This document shows positions 39,401 to 54,400 of a stretch of DNA of 64,000 nucleotides, one piece after another. Below the pieces are notes generated by a model. It ran no database searches and was not told the DNA's origin. It saw only the letters and a list, made by a program, of their open reading frames with translations. The DNA lies in NCBI GenBank assembly GCA_964057225.1, contig OZ059898.1:18476001-18540000 (forward strand), in the 5' to 3' direction. The DNA comes from Auanema rhodensis. Its lineage: Eukaryota; Animalia; Nematoda. The translations under genes and the position numbers were made by a program. Within the stretch, counting starts at the first letter, position 1. Every line of letters starts with the position of its first letter.

Positions 39401-42400
39401 TATGCTAATTAAGTGTACACGTGATGTGCACTTGGTATGTAACTCGCTTCACGTGAAAGATAAAGAGATGCGGTTTTCAAAATTAGATTCCTCATGTCCA
39501 TATTAGTCTAAAAACGAATTTTTATTGATATTGATGCATGGTAACCATGACTTGGAAATTTACGTGAACTTTAATTTATGCTTATTAAGTGTACACGTGA
39601 TGTGCACTTGGTATGTAACTCGCTTCAAGTGAAAGATAAAGAGATGCGGTTTTCAAAATTAGATTCCCCATGTCCATATTAGTCTAAAAACAAATTTTTA
39701 TTGATATTGGTGCATGGTAACTATGACTTTGAAATTTACGTGAACTTTAATTTATGCTAATTAAGTGTACACATGATGTGCACTTGGTATGTAACTCGCT
39801 TCACGTCAAAGATAAAGAGATGCGGTTTTCAAAATTAGATTTCGCATGTCCATATTAGTCTAAAAACAAATTTTTATTGATATTGGTGCATGGTAACCAT
39901 GACTTTGAAATTTACGTGAACTTTAATTTATGCTAATTAAGTGTACACGTGATGTGCACTTGGTATGTAACTCGCTTCACGTGAAAGATAAAGAGATGCG
40001 GTTTTCAAAATTAGATTCCCCATGTCCATATTAGTCTAAAAACAAATTTTTATTGATATTGGTGCATGGCAACCATGACTTCAAAATTTACGTGTACTTT
40101 AATTTATGCTAATTAAGTGTACACATGATGTGCACTTGGTATGTAACTCGCTTCACGTCAAAGATAAAGAGATGCGGTTTTCAAAATTAGATTTCGCATG
40201 TCCATATTAGTCTAATAACAAATTTTTATTGATATTGGTGCATGGTAACCATGACTTTGAAATTTACGTGAACTTTAATTTATGCTAATTAAGTGTACAC
40301 GTGATGTGCACTTGGTATGTAACTCGCTTCACGTGAAAGATAAAGAGATGCGGTTTTCAAAATTAGATTCCCCATGTCCATATTAGTCTAAAAACAAATT
40401 TTTATTGATATTGGTGCATGGCAACCATGACTTTCAAATTTACGTGAACTTCAATTTATGCTAATTAAGTGTACACGTGATGTGCACTTGGTATGTAACT
40501 CGCTTCGCGTCAAAGATAAAGAGATGCGGTTTTCAAAATTAGATTCCCCATGTCCATATTAGTCTAAAAACAAATTTTTGTTGATATTGGTGGATGGTAA
40601 CCATGACTTTGAAATTTACGTGAACTTTAATTTATGCTAATTAAGTGTACACGTGATGTGCACTTGGTATGTAACTCGCTTCACGTGAAAGATAAAGAGA
40701 TGCGGTTTTCAAAATTAGATTCCTCATGTCCATATTAGTCTAAAAACGAATTTTTATTGATATTGATGCATGGTAACCATGACTTTGAAATTTACGTGAA
40801 CTTTAATTTATGCTTATTAAGTGTACACGTGATGTGCACTTGGTATGTAACTCGCTTCACGTCAAAGATAAAGAGATGCGGTTTTCAAAATTAGATTTCG
40901 CATGTCCATATTAGTCTAAAAACAAATTTTTATTGATATTGGTGCATGGTAACCATGACTTTGAAATTTACGTGAACTTTAATTTATGCTAATTAAGTGT
41001 ACACGTGATGTGCACTTGGTATGTAACTCGCTTCACGTGAAAGATGAAGAGATGCGGTATTCAAATTTAGGTTCCCCATGTCCATATTAGTCTAAAAACA
41101 AATTTTTGTTGATATTGGTGGATGGTAACCATGACTTTCAAATTTACGTGTACTTTAATTTATGCTAATTAAGTGTACACATGATGTGCACTTGGTATGT
41201 AACTCGCTTCACGTCAAAGATAAAGAGATGCGGTTTTCAAAATTAGATTCCCCATGTCCATATTAGTCTAAAAACAAATTTTTATTGATATTGGTGCATG
41301 GTAACCATGACTTTGAAATTTACGTGAACTTTAATTTATGCTAATTAAGTGTACACGTGATGTGCACTTGGTATGTAACTCGCTTCACGTGAAAGATAAA
41401 GAGATGCGGTTCTCAAAATTAGATTCCCCATGTCCATATTAGTCTAAAAACAAATTTTTATTGATATTGGTGCATGGCAACCATGACTTCAAAATTTACG
41501 TGTACTTTAATTTATGCTAATTAAGTGTACACATGATGTGCACTTGGTATGTAACTCGCTTCACGTCAAAGATAAAGAGATGCGGTTTTCAAAATTAGAT
41601 TTCGCATGTCCATATTAGTCTAATAACAAATTTTTATTGATATTGGTGCATGGTAACCATGACTTTGAAATTTACGTGAACTTTAATTTATGCTAATTAA
41701 GTGTACACGTGATGTGCACTTGGTATGTAACTCGCTTCACGTGAAAGATAAAGAGATGCGGTTTTCAAAATTAGATTTCGCATGTCCATATTAGTCTAAA
41801 AACAAATTTTTATTGATATTGGTGCATGGTAACCATGACTTTGAAATTTACGTGAACTTTAATTTATGCTAATTAAGTGTACACGTGATGTGCACTTGGT
41901 ATGTAACTCGCTTCACGTGAAAGATGAAGAGATGCGGTATTCAAATTTAGGTTCCCCATGTCCATATTAGTCTAAAAACAAATTTTTGTTGATATTGGTG
42001 GATGGTAACCATGACTTTCAAATTTACGTGAACTTCAATTTATGCTAATTAAGTGTACACGTGATGTGCACTTGGTATGTAACTCGCTTCGCGTCAAAGA
42101 TAAAGAGATGCGGTTTTCAAAATTAGATTCCCCATGTCCATATTAGTCTAAAAACAAATTTTTGTTGATATTGGTGGATGGTAACCATGACTTTGAAATT
42201 TACGTGAACTTTAATTTATGCTAATTAAGTGTACACGTGATGTGCACTTGGTATGTAACTCGCTTCACGTGAAAGATAAAGAGATGCGGTTTTCAAAATT
42301 AGATTCCTCATGTCCATATTAGTCTAAAAACGAATTTTTATTGATATTGATGCATGGTAACCATGATTTTGAAATTTACGTGAACTTTAATTTATGCTTA

Positions 42401-45400
42401 TTAAGTGTACACGTGATGTGCACTTGGTATGTAACTCGCTTCAAGTGAAAGATAAAGAGATGCGGTTTTCAAAATTAGATTCCCCATGTCCATATTAGTC
42501 TAAAAACAAATTTTTATTGATATTGGTGCATGGTAACTATGACTTTGAAATTTACGTAAACTTTAATTTATGCTAATTAAGTGTACACATGATGTGCACT
42601 TGGTATGTAACTCGCTTCACGTCAAAGATAAAGAGATGCGGTTTTCAAAATTAGATTTCGCATGTCCATATTAGTCTAAAAACAAATTTTTATTGATATT
42701 GGTGCATGGCAACCATGACTTTCAAATTTACGTGAACTTCAATTTATGCTAATTAAGTGTACACGTGATGTGCACTTGGTATGTAACTCGCTTCAAGTGA
42801 AAGATAAAGAGATGCGGTTTTCAAAATTAGATTCCCCATGTCCATATTAGTCTAAAAACAAATTTTTATTGATATTGGTGCGTGGTAACTATGACTTTGA
42901 AATTTACGTAAACTTTAATTTATGCTAATTAAGTGTACACATGATGTGCACTTGGTATGTAACTCGCTTCACGTCAAAGATAAAGAGATGCGGTTTTCAA
43001 AATTAGATTTCGCATGTCCATATTAGTCTAAAAACAAATTTTCATTGATATTGGTGCATGGTAACCATGACTTTGAAATTTACGTGAACTTTAATTTATG
43101 CTAATTAAGTGTACACATGATGTGCACTTGGTATGTAACTCGCTTCACGTCAAAGATAAAGAGATGCGGTTTTCAAAATTAGATTTCGCATGTCCATATT
43201 AGTCTAATAACAAATTTTTATTGATATTGGTGCATGGTAACCATGACTTTGAAATTTACGTGAACTTTAATTTATGCTAATTAAGTGTACACGTGATGTG
43301 CACTTGGTTTGTAACTCGCTTCACGTGAAAGATAAAGAGATGCGGTTTTCAAAATTAGATTCCCCATGTCCATATTAGTCTAAAAACAAATTTTTATTGA
43401 TATTGGTGCATGGCAACCATGACTTTCAAATTTACGTGAACTTCAATTTATGCTAATTAAGTGTACACGTGATGTGCACTTGGTATGTAACTCGCTTCGC
43501 GTCAAAGATAAAGAGATGCGGTTTTCAAAATTAGATTCCTCATGTCCATATTAGTCTAAAAACGAATTTTTATTGATATTGGTGCATGGTAACCATGACT
43601 TTGAAATTTACGTGAACTTTAATTTATGCTAATTTAGTGTACACGTGATGTGCACTTGGTATGTAACTCGCTTCACGTGAAAGATAAAGAGATGCGGTTT
43701 TCAAAATTAGATTCCCCATGTCCATATTAGTCTAAAAACAAATTTTTATTGATATTGGTGCATGGCAACCATGACTTTCAAATTTACGTGAACTTCAATT
43801 TATGCTAATTAAGTGTACACGTGATGTGCACTTGGTATGTAACTCGCTTCGCGTCAAAGATAAAGAGATGCGGTTTTCAAAATTAGATTCCCCATGTCCA
43901 TATTAGTCTAAAAACAAATTTTTGTTGATATTGGTGGATGGTAACCATGACTTTGAAATTTACGTGAACTTTAATTTATGCTTATTAAGTGTACACGTGA
44001 TGTGCACTTGGTATGTAACTCGCTTCAAGTGAAAAATAAAGAGATGCGGTTTTCAAAATTAGATTCCTCATGTCCATATTAGTCTAAAAACGAATTTTTA
44101 TTGATATTGATGCATGGTAACCATGACTTTGAAATTTACGTGAACTTTAATTTATGCTTATTAAGTGTACACGTGATGTGCACTTGGTATGTAACTCGCT
44201 TCAAGTGAAAGATAAAGAGATGCGGTTTTCAAAATTAGATTCCCCATGTCCATATTAGTCTAGAAACAAAATTTTATTGATATTGGTTCATGGTAACTAT
44301 GACTTTGAAATTTACGTGAACTTTAATTTATGCTAATTAAGTGTACACATGATGTGCACTTGGTATGTAACTCGCTTCACGTCAAAGATAAAGAGATGCG
44401 GTTTTCAAAATTAGATTTCGCATGTCCATATTAGTCTAAAAACAAATTTTTATTGATATTGGTGCATGGTAACCATGACTTTGAAATTTACGTGAACTTT
44501 AATTTATGCTAATTAAATGTACACGTGATGTGCACTTGGTATGTAACTCGCTTCACGTGAAAGATAAAGAGATGCGGTTTTCAAAATTAGATTCCCCATG
44601 TCCATATTAGTCTAAAAACAAATTTTTATTGATATTGGTGCATGGCAACCATGACTTTCAAATTTACGTGAACTTCAATTTATGCTAATTAAGTGTACAC
44701 GTGATGTGCACTTGGTATGTAACTCGCTTCGCGTCAAAGATAAAGAGATGCGGTTTTCAAAATTAGATTCCCCATGTCCATATTAGTCTAAAAACAAATT
44801 TTTGTTGATATTGGTGGATGGTAACCATGACTTTGAAATTTACGTGAACTTTAATTTATGCTTATTAAGTGTACACGTGATGTGCACTTGGTATGTAACT
44901 CGCTTCAAGTGAAAAATAAAGAGATGCGGTTTTCAAAATTAGATTCCTCATGTCCATATTAGTCTAAAAACGAATTTTTATTGATATTGATGCATGGTAA
45001 CCATGACTTTGAAATTTACGTGAACTTTAATTTATGCTTATTAAGTGTACACGTGATGTGCACTTGGTATGTAACTCGCTTCAAGTGAAAGATAAAGAGA
45101 TGCGGTTTTCAAAATTAGATTCCCCATGTCCATATTAGTCTAGAAACAAAATTTTATTGATATTGGTTCATGGTAACCATGACTTTGAAATTTACGTGAA
45201 CTTTAATTTATGCTAATTAAATGTACACGTGATGTGCACTTGGTATGTAACTCGCTTCACGTGAAAGATAAAGAGATGCGGTTTTCAAAATTAGATTCCC
45301 CATGTCCATATTAGTCTAAAAACAAATTTTTATTGATATTGGTGCATGGTAACTATGACTTTGAAATTTACGTGAACTTTAATTTATGCTAATTAAGTGT

Positions 45401-48400
45401 ACACATGATGTGCACTTGGTATGTAACTCGCTTCACGTCAAAGATAAAGAGATGCGGTTTTCAAAATTAGATTTCGCATGTCCATATTAGTCTAAAAACA
45501 AATTTTTATTGATATTGGTGCATGGTAACCATGACTTTGAAATTTACGTGAACTTTAATTTATGCTAATTAAATGTACACGTGATGTGCACTTGGTATGT
45601 AACTCGCTTCACGTGAAAGATAAAGAGATGCGGTTTTCAAAATTAGATTCCCCATGTCCATATTAGTCTAAAAACAAATTTGTATTGATATTGGTGCATG
45701 GCAACCATGACTTTAAAATTTACGTGTACTTTAATTTATGCTAATTAAGTGTACACATGATGTGTACTTGGTATGTAACTCGCTTCACGTCAAAGATAAA
45801 GAGATGCGGTTTTCAAAATTAGATTTCGCATGTCCATATTAGTCTAAAAACAAATTTTTATTGATATTGGTGCATGGTAACCATGACTTTGAAATTTACG
45901 TGAACTTTAATTTATGCTAATTAAGTGTACACGTGATGTGCACTTGGTATGTAACTCGCTTCACGTGAAAGATAAAGAGATGCGGTTTTCAAAATTAGAT
46001 TCCCCATGTCCATATTAGTCTAAAAACAAATTTTTATTGATATTGGTTCATGGTAACCATGACTTTAAAATTTACGTGAACTTTAATTTATGCTAATTAA
46101 GTGTACACGTGATGTGCACTTGGTATGTAACTCGCTTCACGTGAAAGATAAAGAGATGCGGTTTTCAAAATTAGATTCCCCATGTCCATATTAGTCTAAA
46201 AACAAATTTGTATTGATATTGGTGCATGGCAACCATGACTTTAAAATTTACGTGTACTTTAATTTATGCTAATTAAGTGTACACATGATGTGTACTTGGT
46301 ATGTAACTCGCTTCACGTCAAAGATAAAGAGATGCGGTTTTCAAAATTAGATTTCGCATGTCCATATTAGTCTAAAAACAAATTTTTATTGATATTGGTG
46401 CATGGTAACCATGACTTTGAAATTTACGTGAACTTTAATTTATGCTAATTAAGTGTACACGTGATGTGCACTTGGTATGTAACTCGCTTCACGTGAAAGA
46501 TAAAGAGATGCGGTTTTCAAAATTAGATTCCCCATGTCCATATTAGTCTAAAAACAAATTTTTATTGATATTGGTTCATGGTAACCATGACTTTAAAATT
46601 TACGTGAACTTTAATTTATGCTAATTAAGTGTACACGTGATGTGCACTTGGTATGTAACTCGCTTCACGTGAAAGATAAAGAGATGCGGTTTTCAAAATT
46701 AGATTCCCCATGTCCATATTAGTCTAAAAACAAATTTTTATTGATATTGGTGCATGGCAACCATGACTTTCAAATTTACGTGAACTTCAGTTTATGCTAA
46801 TTAAGTGTACACGTGATGTGCACTTGGTATGTAACTCGCTTCGCGTCAAAGATAAAGAGATGCGGTTTTCAAAATTAGATTCCCCATGTCCATATTAGTC
46901 TAAAAACAAATTTTTGTTGATATTGGTGGATGGTAATCATGACTTTGAAATTTACGTGAACTTTAATTTATGCTAATTAAGTGTACACGTGATGTGCACT
47001 TGGTATGTAACTCGCTTCACGTCAAAGATAAAGAGATGCGGTTTTCAAAATTAGATTTCGCATGTCCATATTAGTCTAAAAACAAAGTTTTATTGATATT
47101 GGTGCATGGTAACCATGACTTTGAAATTTACGTGAACTTTAATTTATGCTAATTAAGTGTACACGTGATGTGCACTTGGTATGTAACTCGCTTCAAGTGA
47201 AAGATAAAGAGATGCGGTTTTCAAAATTAGATTCCCCATGTCCATATTAGTCTAAAAACAAATTTTTATTGATATTGGTGCATGGAAACTATGACTTTGA
47301 AATTTACGTGAACTTTAATTTATGCTAATTAAGTGTACACATGATGTGCACTTGGTATGTAACTCGCTTCACGTCAAAGATAAAGAGATGCGGTTTTCAA
47401 AATTAGATTTAGCATGTCCATATTAGTCTAAAAACAAATTTTTATTGATATTGGTGCATGGTAACCATGACTTTGAAATTTACGTGAACTTTAATTTATG
47501 CTAATTAAGTGTACACGTGATGTGCACTTGGTATGTAACTCGCTTCACGTGAAAGATAAAGAGATGCGGTTTTCAAAATTAGATTCCCCATGTCCATATT
47601 AGTCTAAAAACAAATTTTTATCGATATTGGTGCATGGCAACCATGACTTTAAAATTTACGTGTACTTTAATTTATGCTAATTAAGTGTACACATGATGTG
47701 CACTTGGTATGTAACTCGCTTCACGTCAAAGATAAAGAGATGCGGTTTTCAAAATTAGATTTCGCATTTCCATATCAGTCTAAAAACAAATTTTTATTGA
47801 TATTGGTGCATGGTAACCATGACTTTGAAATTTACGTGAACTTTAATTTATGCTAATTAAGTGTACACGTGATGTGCACTTGGTATGTAACTCGCTTCAC
47901 GTGAAAGATAAAGAGATGCGGTTTTCAAAATTAGATTCCCCATGTCCATATTAGTCTAAAAACAAATTTTTATTGATATTGGTGCATGGCAACCATGACT
48001 TTAAAGTTTACGTGTACTTTAGTTTATGCTAATTAAGTGTACACATGATGTGCACTTGGTATGTAACTCGCTTCACGTCAAAGATAAAGAGATGCGGTTT
48101 TCAAAATTAGATTTCGCATGTCCATATTAGTCTAAAAACAAATTTTTATTGATATTGGTGCATGGTAACCATGACTTTGAAATTTACGTAAACTTTAATT
48201 TATGCTAATTAAGTGTACACGTGATGTGCACTTGGTATGTAACTCGCTTCACGTGAAAGATAAAGAGATGCGGTTTTCAAAATTAGATTCCCCATGTCCA
48301 TATTAGTCTAAAAACAAATTTTTATTGATATTGGTGCATGGCAACCATGACTTTAAAATTTACGTGTACTTTAATTTATGCTAATTAAGTGTACACATGA

Positions 48401-51400
48401 TGTGCACTTGGTATGTAACTCGCTTCACGTGAAAGATAAAGAGATGCGGTTTCCAAAATTAGATTCCCCATGTCCATATTAGTCTAAAAACAAATTTTTA
48501 TTGATATTGGTGCATGGCAACCATGACTTTCAAATTTACGTGAACTTCAATTTATGCTAATTAAGTGTACACGTGATGTGCACTTGGTATGTAACTCGCT
48601 TCGCGTCAAAGATAAAGAGATGCGGTTTTCAAAATTAGATTCCCCATGTCCATATTAGTCTAAAAACAAATTTTTATTGATATTGGTGCATGGTAACCAT
48701 GACTTTGAAATTTACGTGAACTTTAATTTATGCTAATTAAGTGTACACGTGATGTGCACTTGGTATGTAACTCGCTTCGCGTCAAAGATAAAGAGATGCG
48801 GTTTCCAAAATTAGATTCCCCATGTCCATATTAGTCTAAAAACAAATTTTTGTTGATATTGGTGGATGGTAACCATGACTTTGAAATTTACGTGAACTTT
48901 AATTTATGCTAATTAAGTGTACACGTGATGTGCACTTGGTATGTAACTCGCTTCACGTGAAAGATAAAGAGATGCGGTTTTCAAAATTAGATTCCCCATG
49001 TCCATATTAGTCTAAAAACAAATTTTTATTGATATTGGTGCATGGTAACCATGACTTTGAAATTTACGTGAACTTTAATTTATGCTAATTAAGTGTACAC
49101 GTGATGTGCACTTGGTATGTAACTCGCTTCACGTGAAAGATAAAGAGATGCGGTTTTCAAAATTAGATTCCCCATGTCCATATTAGTCTAAAAACAAATT
49201 TTTATTGATATTGGTGCATGGCAACCATGACTTTAAAGTTTACGTGTACTTTAGTTTATGCTAATTAAGTGTACACATGATGTGCACTTGGTATGTAACT
49301 CGCTTCACGTCAAAGATAAAGAGATGCGGTTTTCAAAATTAGATTTCGCATGTCCATATTAGTCTAAAAACAAATTTTTATTGATATTGGTGCATGGTAA
49401 CCATGACTTTGAAATTTACGTAAACTTTAATTTATGCTAATTAAGTGTACACGTGATGTGCACTTGGTATGTAACTCGCTTCACGTGAAAGATAAAGAGA
49501 TGCGGTTTTCAAAATTAGATTCCCCATGTCCATATTAGTCTAAAAACAAATTTTTATTGATATTGGTGCATGGCAACCATGACTTTAAAATTTACGTGTA
49601 CTTTAATTTATGCTAATTAAGTGTACACATGATGTGCACTTGGTATGTAACTCGCTTCACGTGAAAGATAAAGAGATGCGGTTTTCAAAATTAGATTCCC
49701 CATGTCCATATTAGTCTAAAAACAAATTTTTATTGATATTGGTGCATGGCAACCATGACTTTCAAATTTACGTGAACTTCAATTTATGCTAATTAAGTGT
49801 ACACGTGATGTGCACTTGGTATGTAACTCGCTTCGCGTCAAAGATAAAGAGATGCGGTTTTCAAAATTAGATTCCCCATGTCCATATTAGTCTAAAAACA
49901 AATTTTTATTGATATTGGTGCATGGTAACCATGACTTTGAAATTTACGTGAACTTTAATTTATGCTAATTAAGTGTACACGTGATGTGCACTTGGTATGT
50001 AACTCGCTTCGCGTCAAAGATAAAGAGATGCGGTTTCCAAAATTAGATTCCCCATGTCCATATTAGTCTAAAAACAAATTTTTGTTGATATTGGTGGATG
50101 GTAACCATGACTTTGAAATTTACGTGAACTTTAATTTATGCTAATTAAGTGTACACGTGATGTGCACTTGGTATGTAACTCGCTTCACGTGAAAGATAAA
50201 GAGATGCGGTTTTCAAAATTAGATTCCTCATGTCCATATTAGTCTAAAAACGAATTTTTATTGATATTGATGCATGGTAACCATGACTTTGAAATTTACG
50301 TGAACTTTAATTTATGCTTATTAAGTGTACACGTGATGTGCACTTGGTATGTAACTCGCTTCAAGTGAAAGATAAAGAGATGCGGTTTTCAAAATTAGAT
50401 TCCTCATGTCCATATTAGTCTAAAAACGAATTTTTATTGATATTGATGCATGGTAACCATGACTTTGAAATTTACGTGAACTTTAATTTATGCTTATTAA
50501 GTGTACACATGATGTGCACTTGGTATGTAACTCGCTTCACGTCAAAGATAAAGAGATGCGGTTTTCAAAATTAGATTTCGCATGTCCATATTAGTCTAAA
50601 AACAAATTTTTATTGATATTGGTGCATGGTAACTATGACTTTGAAATTTACGTGAACTTTAATTTATGCTAATTAAGTGTACACATGATGTGCACTTGGT
50701 ATGTAACTCGCTTCACGTCAAAGATAAAGAGATGCGGTTTTCAAAATTAGATTTCGCATGTCCATATTAGTCTAAAAACAAATTTTTATTGATATTGGTG
50801 CATGGTAACCATGACTTTGAAATTTACGTGAACTTTAATTTATGCTAATTAAGTGTACACATGATGTGCACTTGGTATGTAACTCGCTTAACGTGAAAGA
50901 TAAAGAGATGCGGTTTTCAAAATTAGATTCCCCATGTCCATATTAGTCTAAAAACAAATTTTTATTGATATTGGTGCATGGCAACCATGACTTTAAAATT
51001 TACGTGTACTTTAATTTATGCTAATTAAGTGTACACATGATGTGCACTTGGTATGTAACTCGCTTCACGTCAAAGATAAAGAGATGCGGTTTTTAAAATT
51101 AGATTTCGCATGTCCATATTAGTCTAAAAACAAATTTTTATTGATATTGGTGCATGGTAACCATGACTTTGAAATTTACGTGAACTTTAATTTATGCTAA
51201 TTAAGTGTACACATGATGTGCACTTGGTATGTAACTCGCTTCACGTCAAAGATAAAGAGATGCGGTTTTCAAAATTAGATTCCCCATGTCCATATTAGTC
51301 TAAAAACAAATTTTTATTGATATTGGTGCATGGCAACCATGACTTTAAAATTTACGTGTACTTTAATTTATGCTAATTAAGTGTACACATGATGTGCACT

Positions 51401-54400
51401 TGGTATGTAACTCGCTTCACGTCAAAGATAAAGAGATGCGGTTTTCAAAATTAGATTCCCCATGGCCATATTAGTCTAAAAACAAATTTTTATTGATATT
51501 GGTGCATGGTAACCATGACTTTGAAATTTACGTGAACTTTAATTTATGCTAATTAAGTGTACTCGTGATGTGCACTTGGTATGTAACTCGCTTCACGTGA
51601 AAGATAAAGAGATGAGGTTTTCAAAATTAGATTCCTCATGTCCATATTAGTCTAAAAACGAATTTTTATTGATATTGATGCATGGTAACCATGACTTTGA
51701 AATTTACGTGAACTTTAATTTATGCTAATTAAATGTACACGTGATGTGCACTTGGTATGTAACTCGCTTCACGTGAAAGATAAAGAGATGCGGTTTTCAA
51801 AATTAGATTCCCCATGTCCATATTAGTCTAAAAACAAATTTTTGTTGATATTGGTGGATGGTAACCATGACTTTGAAATTTACGTGAACTTTAATTTATG
51901 CTAATTAAGTGTACACGTGATGTGCACTTGGTATGTAACTCGCTTCACGTGAAAGATAAAGAGATGCGGTTTTCAAAATTAGATTCCTCATGTCCATATT
52001 AGTCTAAAAACGAATTTTTATTGATATTGATGAATGGTAACCATGACTTTGAAATTTACGTGAACTTTAATTTATGCTTATTAAGTGTACACGTGATGTG
52101 CACTTGGTATGTAACTCGTTTCAAGTGAAAGATAAAGAGATGCGGTTTTCAAAATTAGATTCCCCATGTCCATATTAGTCTAAAAACAAATTTTTATTGA
52201 TATTGGTGCATGGTAACTATGACTTTGAAATTTACGTGAACTTTAATTTATGCTAATTAAGTGTACACATGATGTGCACTTGGTATGTAACTCGCTTCAC
52301 GTCAAAGATAAAGAGATGCGGTTTCCAAAATTAGATTCCCCATGTCCATATTAGTCTAAAAACAAATTTTTGTTGATATTGGTGGATGGTAACCATGACT
52401 TTGAAATTTACGTGAACTTTAATTTATGCTAATTAAGTGTACACGTGATGTGCACTTGGTATGTAACTCGCTTCACGTGAAAGATAAAGAGATGCGGTTT
52501 TCAAAATTAGATTCCCCATGTCCATATTAGTCTAAAAACAAATTTTTATTGATATTGGTGCATGGTAACCATGACTTTGAAATTTACGTGAACTTTAATT
52601 TATGCTAATTAAGTGTACACGTGATGTGCACTTGGTATGTAACTCGCTTCACGTGAAAGATAAAGAGATGCGGTTTTCAAAATTAGATTCCCCATGTCCA
52701 TATTAGTCTAAAAACAAATTTTTATTGATATTGGTGCATGGCAACCATGACTTTAAAGTTTACGTGTACTTTAGTTTATGCTAATTAAGTGTACACATGA
52801 TGTGCACTTGGTATGTAACTCGCTTCACGTCAAAGATAAAGAGATGCGGTTTTCAAAATTAGATTTCGCATGTCCATATTAGTCTAAAAACAAATTTTTA
52901 TTGATATTGGTGCATGGTAACCATGACTTTGAAATTTACGTAAACTTTAATTTATGCTAATTAAGTGTACACGTGATGTGCACTTGGTATGTAACTCGCT
53001 TCACGTGAAAGATAAAGAGATGCGGTTTTCAAAATTAGATTCCCCATGTCCATATTAGTCTAAAAACAAATTTTTATTGATATTGGTGCATGGCAACCAT
53101 GACTTTAAAATTTACGTGTACTTTAATTTATGCTAATTAAGTGTACACATGATGTGCACTTGGTATGTAACTCGCTTCACGTGAAAGATAAAGAGATGCG
53201 GTTTTCAAAATTAGATTCCCCATGTCCATATTAGTCTAAAAACAAATTTTTATTGATATTGGTGCATGGCAACCATGACTTTCAAATTTACGTGAACTTC
53301 AATTTATGCTAATTAAGTGTACACGTGATGTGCACTTGGTATGTAACTCGCTTCGCGTCAAAGATAAAGAGATGCGGTTTTCAAAATTAGATTCCCCATG
53401 TCCATATTAGTCTAAAAACAAATTTTTATTGATATTGGTGCATGGTAACCATGACTTTGAAATTTACGTGAACTTTAATTTATGCTAATTAAGTGTACAC
53501 GTGATGTGCACTTGGTATGTAACTCGCTTCGCGTCAAAGATAAAGAGATGCGGTTTCCAAAATTAGATTCCCCATGTCCATATTAGTCTAAAAACAAATT
53601 TTTGTTGATATTGGTGGATGGTAACCATGACTTTGAAATTTACGTGAACTTTAATTTATGCTAATTAAGTGTACACGTGATGTGCACTTGGTATGTAACT
53701 CGCTTCACGTGAAAGATAAAGAGATGCGGTTTTCAAAATTAGATTCCTCATGTCCATATTAGTCTAAAAACGAATTTTTATTGATATTGATGCATGGTAA
53801 CCATGACTTTGAAATTTACGTGAACTTTAATTTATGCTTATTAAGTGTACACGTGATGTGCACTTGGTATGTAACTCGCTTCAAGTGAAAGATAAAGAGA
53901 TGCGGTTTTCAAAATTAGATTCCTCATGTCCATATTAGTCTAAAAACGAATTTTTATTGATATTGATGCATGGTAACCATGACTTTGAAATTTACGTGAA
54001 CTTTAATTTATGCTTATTAAGTGTACACATGATGTGCACTTGGTATGTAACTCGCTTCACGTCAAAGATAAAGAGATGCGGTTTTCAAAATTAGATTTCG
54101 CATGTCCATATTAGTCTAAAAACAAATTTTTATTGATATTGGTGCATGGTAACTATGACTTTGAAATTTACGTGAACTTTAATTTATGCTAATTAAGTGT
54201 ACACATGATGTGCACTTGGTATGTAACTCGCTTCACGTCAAAGATAAAGAGATGCGTTTTTCAAAATTAGATTTCGCATGTCCATATTAGTCTAAAAACA
54301 AATTTTTATTGATATTGGTGCATGGTAACCATGACTTTGAAATTTACGTGAACTTTAATTTATGCTAATTAAGTGTACACATGATGTGCACTTGGTATGT

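Noticed and set aside
39398-39401. 4-bp AATT target-site duplication
   Set aside because: The target is AATTTATG; a TSD would need an extra 1-bp deletion, whereas exact register is explained with no duplication.
47674-47856. 60-aa ORF in the satellite
   Set aside because: Opened by a single TAG to CAG variant (CATATCAGTC) in one monomer; 176 is not a multiple of 3 and other copies have the stop.
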